Assembly (NCBI GenBank): GCA_051294375.1
Contig: CM119267.1
Location: forward strand, 11,172,537 to 11,236,536
Reading direction: 5' to 3'
Source: Paraspadella gotoi
Taxonomy: Eukaryota; Animalia; Chaetognatha
DNA length: 64,000 nucleotides
Shown here piece after piece: positions 55,014 through 64,000 of the stretch. Positions within the stretch are counted from its first letter, which is position 1. Each line of letters begins with the position of its first letter. Under the pieces are notes generated by a model. The model was not told the origin of the DNA and ran no database searches. It worked only from the letters and a program-made list of their open reading frames with translations. Made by a program: the position numbers and the translations under genes.

Positions 55014-58000
55014 TAGGAGATCAAGAAGTCTCTCTCTCTGTCTCTCTTCTCTCTCTTCTCTCTCTCTCTCTCTCTCCTCTCTCTCTCCTCTCTCTCTCTA
55101 TCTCTCTCTCTCTCTCTTTTGCTCACAATCAGCAATAACAATAAAGAAGCTTTTCAATGTCCCACTGGTGACGCCTTCCAATTTTCCTCGATCAGCGGCT
55201 GAAAACCTCGACAGCGGATTTGCAAGACTCAGCGGGTGATTGGTGATTGGCGTCAGTTGGTTGGTGGCTAGTGATTAATGTTTTGTAGTTGGTGAAATTC
55301 TAGTCCTGGACTAGTGAAAGAGTGGCAGGGTTGTCTCCCGTTGACGGAAAGAACCAGGTACAGTGAAACACGAATATTGAACCATTGAATCAACCCCTCC
55401 CTCCCGAACTGTTGTGGAACTCCGCGGGAAACCCAACCGGATTCAGATCAACCGTCAAAATGACATTTGCTGCATTGGGCAACCCCCATGGCGCGGGGGA
55501 CATGGCCCGTGCCGGCTTCTCGGTCGCACATGAAACGGAAGAAAACGAGAGTCCAACGGTATCCGCCCGCGGGCCGCGTCTCCTCGACAGACACGGGACT
55601 TACGTCGCGACGTTGAACTCGGGAATTCTAATGCTGACCCCGATGAATTCCAATCGGCCTCTTTGATGGAATGAATTGGTCAAGGGAGATAGAGAAGGGC
55701 GGATGTTGATTCGTTTCATCGATTTTTTATTTTAGTTTTTTACATTTTTCATAGTTTGTTTTATTAAAATAATATCGGGACTTCGTTAGTAAAGTCAAAT
55801 TGGTTGTAAACTTTCTTCAAATAATTTTTTTTAACGTTCGAAAGCGTTCGTGTCCGACAAGAAACAAATTTTTCTCCTTTTGGCTTTCGACAAAGGGTAG
55901 AGAAATTTCTTATAAATTCGAAAACTAATGAAAAAAAAAAAAAAAAACTGTCTTGAATTGTTGAAAAAATCTTTTGTAGATTTTCCTCGTCTTTCTTTTC
56001 TCATAAACGTCAAGATTTTCATTCTCGATTCCCGATTTTTCCCCCCTTTCCCTTTTACTAATAAATTATGAAGGCGACGATGAAATTGGAAATTTGAATT
56101 TTTCGGATTCTCCAGTTTCGGTTTCAACAGTGAAAATTCAATTCAAAATCTCGAAAATGTCGCGATGGTTGATTTTGTTTTAGTTTTCCTCCTATTGAAA
56201 ACTAGTTCTCGTAAAATATTTATTGAAAGTTTTGCGTATATAACAAAAGATATATTTCTGACTGTCAGATCGGTCTGGATAGTCTTTCAGGGCAGTACCG
56301 GTTCCCGACCAAATCCCCTCGCCCCCAAGTGCCCTTTTGTATTTATATTGCTTGAAGAATGGGACGGATTGGCTGCATTTGAGATTAATGCAACAGTTTG
56401 CCAAGCTTTCGGCAAGTTCGTCAGCGTTTCGCGGAGTCAGACCGCGCGGAAGCAAATTTCTAGCTTTTTCGAAATCCATCCAGCGCTCCCTTTTTATTTT
56501 TTCATCTCACCTATCTCAACATTCATTTCACATCCCCCTAATTCCACCTCCTTTCCCTTTCCCTTTCCCTTTCCCTTTTTCTTTCCCTTCTCTATTCTCA
56601 CAATTCCATTCCCAACCCTCACTTTTTTTCCAGCGCCTCAAAAAACTTTTTCCTCCCGAGTTCCGCTCGTAATTGGATTTCGTCCCGCGGCGCGGGTTCG
56701 AACCCCACGGCCGACCTCTTCTTTTTTTTTTTCTCCACCGAGGTCGAGCCGAAGGTCGTCTCTCTCGAGTCAAAAAACGACCAAGAAAATTGCTCACTTT
56801 TTTCGCTTTTTCGGTTTTCGCCCGCTCCTTTCTTTTTTTTTTTCTGCCTCCCTTTCCGTTTGCATAGAAACATAGAACTTCACCTTTGGTGATTTTCCTC
56901 TTTTATATTCCCTCTCTCAGTCGCGCGGTAATCCTTTATTTGATCGACTAATGTAATTAATGGGTATATTGATNNNNNNNNNNNNNNNNNNNNNNNNNNN
57001 NNNNNNNNNNNNNNNNNNNNNNNNNNNNNNNNNNNNNNNNNNNNNNNNNNNNNNNNNNNNNNNNNNNNNNNNNNNNNNNNNNNNNNNNNNNNNNNNNNNN
57101 NNNNNNNNNNNNNNNNNNNNNNNNNNNNNNNNNNNNNNNNNNNNNNNNNNNNNNNNNNNNNNNNNNNNNNNNNNNNNNNNNNNNNNNNNNNNNNNNNNNN
57201 NNNGAAAAGAAGGAGGAGAGGGAGAGGCGATGGGGGAAGAGATCGATGTTCGAGGATTTCCAAATCGAAATCCGTCTTCGCTCGGAATCGTCACGACGAC
57301 GCCAGATTCTCGCTGATGTCCGCGTTATTTGGAACCGGCGCTGTCCAAAGTCTAAGAAGGACATCTCAGCGGCACTCGTATCCTGATCTCAGTCAACGTC
57401 AAAGAATATCGGGGCAGCTCCGATGAACATTTCGTTTATAGACGAATTGTTGAAATTCATGAGCTCAAAGCAAAAGATCTTACGCCTGTGACAAAGATCG
57501 AGTCGGAATTGTTTGGATCAGGGCACGACACCTCTCTCTCTCTCTCTCTNNNNNNNNNNNNNNNNNNNNNNNNNCGCGCGAAGATAAAACTCAAATCATT
57601 AACCAACGAAAAAAAAAAAAAAAAAATATGAAAGAGAGAAGGAATAACACACGGGAAAGATAGATTCGTCGCTTCGGCGGAATTTCGCCAATTTATTTAA
57701 TTTTGTCATTTCTTCATCTTTCTCTCCCTCTAGTCTCTCTCTCTCTCTCTCTCCTCTCCCTCCTCTCGTTCTCTCTGCTTCTTCTCTCTCTCTCTGCTCT
57801 CTCTTCTTCGTTATTCTCCCGCCATGTGTTGTCCTTGTAAAATGTGGGTACTTTCTCTGGACCCTGTTCGGTTAGAGTGAATGGGCGAATGGAGGTGGAA
57901 GGGATATGATATTTTTTTGTTGTTGTCGAGCGATAATATAATCAACACAAAGAAAAACTCGAAATTACTTTGGTTTTTCAATGACTGACGTTAAAAAGAT

Positions 58001-60929
58001 CTTTTTTTTTTTGGGTTCGATTTTGTGTTCGGAACTAAATCTTCGTTTCTCTTCGTCCTGCGAAAAAAAAACGTGGACTGTTTGTTTTGTAAATTTAACT
58101 AAAAACCGAACGAAAGAAAGAGAAAATAGTCTTTTCTTGTTAGAAAAAAAAAATACAAGAACAAACATTTCGAGAAAAGATTTTAATCTGATCGGGAGTT
58201 TAAAATTAAATTTAAATCGATCGCTCCCCCCCTTTTTTTTTATCGGGAAGGTCATGTTTCGGCCGAGGTGTTAAAGTAATACGAAACGCGGTTGGATTAT
58301 TTTTCCCCTCGGGGACATTGACGAGTTACCCGGGTCAAAAAAACTAATATCTATGCATAGAGAGATGTGTTCTTTCGGTGTGAATTTGCCGGCCTCGCTT
58401 TGTTAGGAACTGAAAAAAAAATTGTCATTTTAGTGAGATGATCTTAAAATATCTGCAGCGGATCTTTATTATAAAACAAAGACAACTCGGGATGTCATCT
58501 CAAGCGCCATAGTTATTTTCAGTTATCTTCGTCGACTACGAATAACGACTACAGGTGAATTTAAACTCCGCGTCTACAGTAGCGGCCGGTTGGAAAGATA
58601 TTCCGTCGGGGACCTCATTTGAGTTGGCAGGCAAATAAAGGACTTTGCTTTGAATAGGATTAAGGGGCGCATCGGCAGAATTGGGATTCGCGCCGGAAAA
58701 ATCGATCCCGCAAATCCGCCGGAGAATGTCGCTTCAGTCAGTCACTCCCTCTGTCTCTCTCTCTCTCTCTCTCATTTTTCTCCCTTCTCTTTCTTCACTT
58801 GTCCCAATTCTTCCTCAAACAAATCTACATCTGTTCCCTTCTCACCCAGTGATTGGATTTTTCGGGGATTTTCACTCCTTTTTTTTTTCTCTTCCACCCT
58901 AAATCCTCCGTTGTGTCTGTGATGACGTGGAATTGTCTCGGCGAAACGAAATTCATCGTGGCTTATAATGAGATATAATATAATATAATAATAAGAATAA
59001 GTTATACTGAAACCCTTTTCTTCAAATGAAGCGCAGGTGAGAATCGAACAAATTGATAACAAAGCAAATTTATTTTGAAATTCGAATAAAGCTTTATTTG
59101 TATCAAAAACTATACATACATAATCTAAATTACGTATATAAGTAACATGAAAAATGTCAGGCCTAAAACCGACCATGCTACCCGGCCGTATCGCCTGTCC
59201 CCTTAAGTGTTTCGCTCAGAATCGTCGCGGCCTCTGGAACCGGAAACAGAAACGCCATGAATAAAATATGAAAATCCATCGACCCAAGAAAAATTCAACG
59301 AATTCAAATCTGATATTTAAATTTCTTGAGAAGGAGGGAGAGTGGGAGAGAGAGGGAGAGAGTGAGAGGGAGAGAGAGAGTGAGAGGGAGAGAGAGTGTG
59401 AGAGGGTGTGTTCGGCCTTGACGCTCCGAAAAAAAAACTCGCCCCATGGCATTCGTTTTCTCTTCTGCCTTCCGTTTTCCTTTTTTTTTTTTGAAATTCA
59501 GTCTTATATCCTTTTCGTTTTTCTGAAATCCGAATCTGCTCATCCACGCAGGGATTGTTTTCCTTCACCGTTTCCAAAACCGTTGGAAGACTTTTCATCT
59601 CCCCGGGCGTAGTCGTGGGGTGAGAGAGAGAGAGNNNNNNNNNNNNNNNNNNNNNNNNNNNNNNNNNNNNNNNNNNNNNNNNNNNNNNNNNNNNNNNNNN
59701 NNNNNNNNNNNNNNNNNNNNNNNNNNNNNNNNNNNNNNNNNNNNNNNNNNNNNNNNNNNNNNNNNNNNNNNNNNNNNNNNNNNNNNNNNNNNNNNNNNNN
59801 NNNNNNNNNNNNNNNNNNNNGAGAGAGAGAGGCAGATTGTTCACTCTCTTTCATTTGTTTTCTTTTTATTTTCTCTTGTTTAAGAATTTCCTCTCGTTTT
59901 CATTTTCCCTCTTTGCCTCTTTCCCTCGTTCATTAAATTCTTCCCCTGGGTTTTGCTTCTTGCGNNNNNNNNNNNNNNNNNNNNNNNNNNNNNNNNNNNN
60001 NNNNNNNNNNNNNNNNNNNNNNNNNNNNNNNNNNNNNNNNNNNNNNNNNNNNNNNNNNNNNNNNNNNNNNNNNNNNNNNNNNNNNNNNNNNNNNNNNNNN
60101 NNNNNNNNNNNNNNNNNNNNNNNNNNNNNNNNNNNNNNNNNNNNNNNNNNNNNNNNNNNNNNNNNNNNNNNNNNNNNNNNNNNNNNNNNNNNNNNNNNNN
60201 NNNNNNNNNNNNNNNNNNNNNNNNNNNNNNNNNNNNNNNNNNNNNNNNNNNNNNNNNNNNNNNNNNNNNNNNNNNNNNNNNNNNTCTCTCCCCTCTGTTT
60301 TCTCTCTGTGTGTTTTCTCTCTCTGTATTCTCTCTTATATTTATACATTTTTTTATCCTCATCCGTGTACTTCCCTAGTCAGATTTGAATAAGAAACGCC
60401 CATTACATTCCTAGTACAGACTTCTTGTACACTCCCCCTTCCCCCTTCGTAATCTATTCAAGATCGAATATAATGACATAGAGAAAAAAAAAGAAGAAAA
60501 ACTCCCGACTGAGAAATTCATTCATTATTTTCTTTTCTCCCGACCTCAACTCGACGAAAGAGAGAGAAAAAAAAACCTTTTTTCTTTTTATATTTGTCGA
60601 TTTCTTTTTTCTCGAATCGAAGAAAAAGAAAGAAAAAAAATTTGTGGAATAAAACTGAGGAAGCTTTTTGCGAGACATCTGGTCACCTGATTTGTAAGCG
60701 TAATAATAAAAGGCGAATTTGAGGGGAGATAAAAAACTAGACATGAGCAAAGACCAAAATACAAAATTATTTTAGAGATCCCATACATTTTCGATTGAAG
60801 GTTTGTTGTTGCAAATTCTGGGATTGAATTGAGACTCATTTAAAAAAAAATCTAGAAGGTAATTGTAATTTAGAGAAATGAGAGAAAGATTCCGGACAAT
60901 CTATGCATGAGGCCTACCGGTAGGTATAT

Positions 60930-61095
60930 CAGAAAACCGAAAAAGACAAAAGCCGATTTCTTAAGCTTCTAGAAAGTGAGAAAAAGACAGAAGCCTACTT
61001 CTCAATCTTCCCCAGAAAACAGAAAAAGACAGAAGCCGACAGGACAAGCCTCCCAGAAGACAGAAATAAAAAGCCGACTTCTCGGGCCTCCCTAG
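60930..61095. repeat. Degenerate ~45-bp tandem repeat (agaaaaagacagaagccgac...)
   Basis: The motif recurs four times. Confidence 0.65.
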
Positions 61096-62378
61096 ACGAG
61101 ACTCTAAAACTTTTCACGTCCATTAATGGGTTTTGAACCGAGAGGGAGACGAATGCCCCCGAGGCACGGGGCCGTCGGGGCCTCGAAAAGAGAGAGAGAG
61201 ATAGAGAGAGAAACTCCTAAATCCTTATTTCATTTATCTCTCAAATCAGCTTCTTGATTTATCCTTCCTTTTTTCACGAAGAATCACTCTTTCCCTCCAT
61301 AGAGAGAATTTACCTCATTTTGAATTCGATACTAAAATTAGATTTTGAATACGTACATATTATTTTTAACAATTGTCCGTCTCTATATTTTTGATGTGTA
61401 CGCGGTTTGCGGGTGAGGTAATCTTGTAGGGCCGAGCGAACATTCCGGACGGCCGGATCAGCTCTTCGGATTTTATCTCACGTTGTTTCTTCTGTGCTCA
61501 CCCTCATTTTTTTTAATAGAATATTATTTCTATTTTATTAGATTTGTTTTTAGCTTATGGATTTATAAAATCAAACACTTTTTCTTTCTTTCTTTTTTTC
61601 CCTTTTTTTGGGGGGGCGGGAATGCTAAGCATCAGCCTGCATGTATTACTCACGACATTTTAATGCAATTTTTTTTGCATTTTTGTAAGATGCAATCTCG
61701 CTCATCTAGATTGTTTTTTTGGCTTAACGCATCAACTAAGGTTACTTAAAGAGGCCTGGATGTTATCTAATCTACATCCACTCTCTCTCTCTCTNNNNNN
61801 NNNNNNNNNNNNNNNNNNNNNNNNNNNNNNNNNNNNNNNNNNNNNNNNNNNNNNNNNNNNNNNNNNNNNNNNNNNNNNNNNNNNNNNNNNNNNNNNNNNN
61901 NNNNNNNNNNNNNNNNNNNNNNNNNNNNNNNNNNNNNNNNNNNNNNNNNNNNNNNNNNNNNNNNNNNNNNNNNNNNNNNNNNNNNNNNNNNNNNNNNNNN
62001 NNNNNNNNNNNNNNNNNNNNNNNNNNNNNTTTCTCTTTGATCTCTCTATCTGCCCAAATGCTTTTCTGTTTTCTTTCCCTTATTTTTCTTGTTATTCTTT
62101 TCTTTTTTGTTGTTTTTTCTGTCCATATAACGCGAAACTTATACCGATGTGTTCTGAGAAACTCCAACGAGTTAAGCAGTTTCAAAACAAAAACCTATTA
62201 TTGTGGAAGCCCAATTTTTTTTCTTCACATTGTATTTTATCCCGCTAATTTATAATCGGGAAATGTTTATTTCGTTCACAACTTAAATCTTCAATTACTC
62301 TCTTTCTATGTACAATAATCGTTGCTACATTATGACTGGTGTGAGACAGAGGTAGGCACATCAGACAGAAAGAGAGAG

Positions 62379-62421
<43 letters not shown>

Positions 62422-63729
62422 CTCTCGGGGAGATTAACGGTGGATCGGATTCTTCTTCAAGGTCCAGGAGTGAAACTAGAATTTCACTTCACGGTTTTCG
62501 TTTTCTCTCCGCCTCACTCCCTCACTCACGGTCTTCCTCACCACCTNNNNNNNNNNNNNNNNNNNNNNNNNNNNNNNNNNNNNNNNNNNNNNNNNNNNNN
62601 NNNNNNNNNNNNNNNNNNNNNNNNNNNNNNNNNNNNNNNNNNNNNNNNNNNNNNNNNNNNNNNNNNNNNNNNNNNNNNNNNNNNNNNNNNNNNNNNNNNN
62701 NNNNNNNNNNNNNNNNNNNNNNNNNNNNNNNNNNNNNNNNNNNNNNNNNNNNNNNNNNNNNNNNNNNNNNNNNTGTATCACTTATGAGCAAAGAAACCTC
62801 AGAGTTATCGCGTAATTCATCCTTTTTCAGCCTTCAAAATTTAATTTATAAGTTTATTATGAAAGATTAATTCAGAGTTGGCCTGATCTCTTTGAACACG
62901 TTAAAGGCACTCAAAATACTAATGTTTTCGTCATTTTTTGTCTTATATATTTTTTGTATTTTTTTTAGGAATATTTTAATACCAAAAAAGGTGTGATTGT
63001 ACCTCTCCAATTATTTTTTCTTCCTAAAGTTCTTTTTCTGTATTTGCTCCAAGTCCATTCGGCGAACGCGGAACGCATATTCATCCAGCCAAAATCCATC
63101 TCCCAGAATATCCGGGACTTTTTCTCGCCCTTCGGGTCGAGATTTGGTAACGAATCTCAAATGTTAAATCCTTTGGGTCAAATTTACGGATTTCAAATGG
63201 TCGCTCTGCGTCGAGAGATATGTATCGAGGCGAGTTTATGATGTATTAATTGTAGGACTNNNNNNNNNNTCATCGAGAATATCTATATTAATAATACAGA
63301 AACGGAAGGCAAGAAAAAAACCTTATTTTTTTGCCCAGCTTTAACTTGACGCCGACATACCAAAGATAATTCTTGTCAAATTCTCCGGTCTCTCCCAAGA
63401 TTTGTGGCCAAGAAGGTAAATCCAGCAGCACCAAAAAAAAAAAAAAAACAACAAAAAAACACACCGCTATCTTTTTTTTTTCGTGAATGCAGAAAAGGGG
63501 GGGAAAGTATGTTTTGTAAGTTTTTTTCTTACCGAATTTTAAAAACGTTTTTTTCTTTTTTGTCTTTTTTTTCCCCGCGATTGTTTTTCTCTTATTATTT
63601 TTTCCCTCTTTTTCCATGCGAGACGAGGGTAAACATTATTTTTTTTATTCCTGGAAAACATTTGCCAAGAAAACGACGGAGCAGGTGAAATTGAGCGGGG
63701 AAAGATTTGGAGAGAGAAAGAAAGAGTGA

Positions 63730-63900
63730 GATATGAACGGAAAGGGAAAAAGATTTAGAAAGAGAGAAAGAGAGTAAGAGAGAATGAAAAGAAATGAAGA
63801 GAGAAAAAGAGAAAGAGAGAGAGAAAGAAAGAGTGAAAGTATGAACGGAAAGGGAAAAAGATTTAGAAAGAGAATGAAAAGAAATGAAGAGAGAAAGAGA
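63730..63900. repeat. Purine-rich direct repeat (atgaacggaaagggaaaaagatttagaaagaga...agaatgaaaagaaatgaagagagaaa) x2
   Basis: Direct observation. Confidence 0.8.
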
Positions 63901-64000
63901 GAAAGATAGAAAGAGAGAAAGAAAGAAAGAAAGAAAGAAAAATAGATAGAGAGCAGACAAGTCTCCGTTTCTTGTATCTCGACAAGGGATTTCGGGACAA

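Noticed and set aside
55459-55666. BIR-domain-like MARAGF motif
   Set aside because: The downstream CxxC...H...C zinc ligands are absent.
56395-56430. Minus-strand CTGACGA-N7-GAAA minimal hammerhead
   Set aside because: There is no closing pair for stem II and no stem I complementarity.
56690-56715. Isolated B-box GGTTCGAACCC (similar on the minus strand at ~42262 and ~42990)
   Set aside because: No cloverleaf or A box could be built around them.

Overview
AT-rich, CpG-rich, (GA)n-riddled eukaryotic scaffold, probably from an invertebrate animal (my inference). It has many N gaps and signs of long-read gap-filling artefacts. The only confidently identifiable protein gene is a 13-exon long-chain acyl-CoA synthetase (ACSL1/5/6 type). 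It is intact at 31148-34403 and present again as an indel-riddled copy at 20218-23482, within a ~10.8-kb tandem duplication that is most likely an assembly artefact centred on a 25-N gap. The best novel candidate lies in the gene's only long intron, which is also its only GC-AG intron. It is a ~170-nt GC-rich cassette closed by a 9-bp inverted repeat, made of a tRNA-derived (Pol III/SINE-type) head followed directly by a circularly permuted (P5-type) twister-ribozyme-like fold. A decayed relative sits just downstream of the gene on the other strand. The window also holds a ~600-bp foldback MITE with Kolobok-like ends, a CpG-poor dispersed 327-bp repeat, several small orphan ORFs or exons, and mini- and microsatellites. 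Most long ORFs in the supplied track are low-complexity or N-gap artefacts. All folding and alignments were done by eye.
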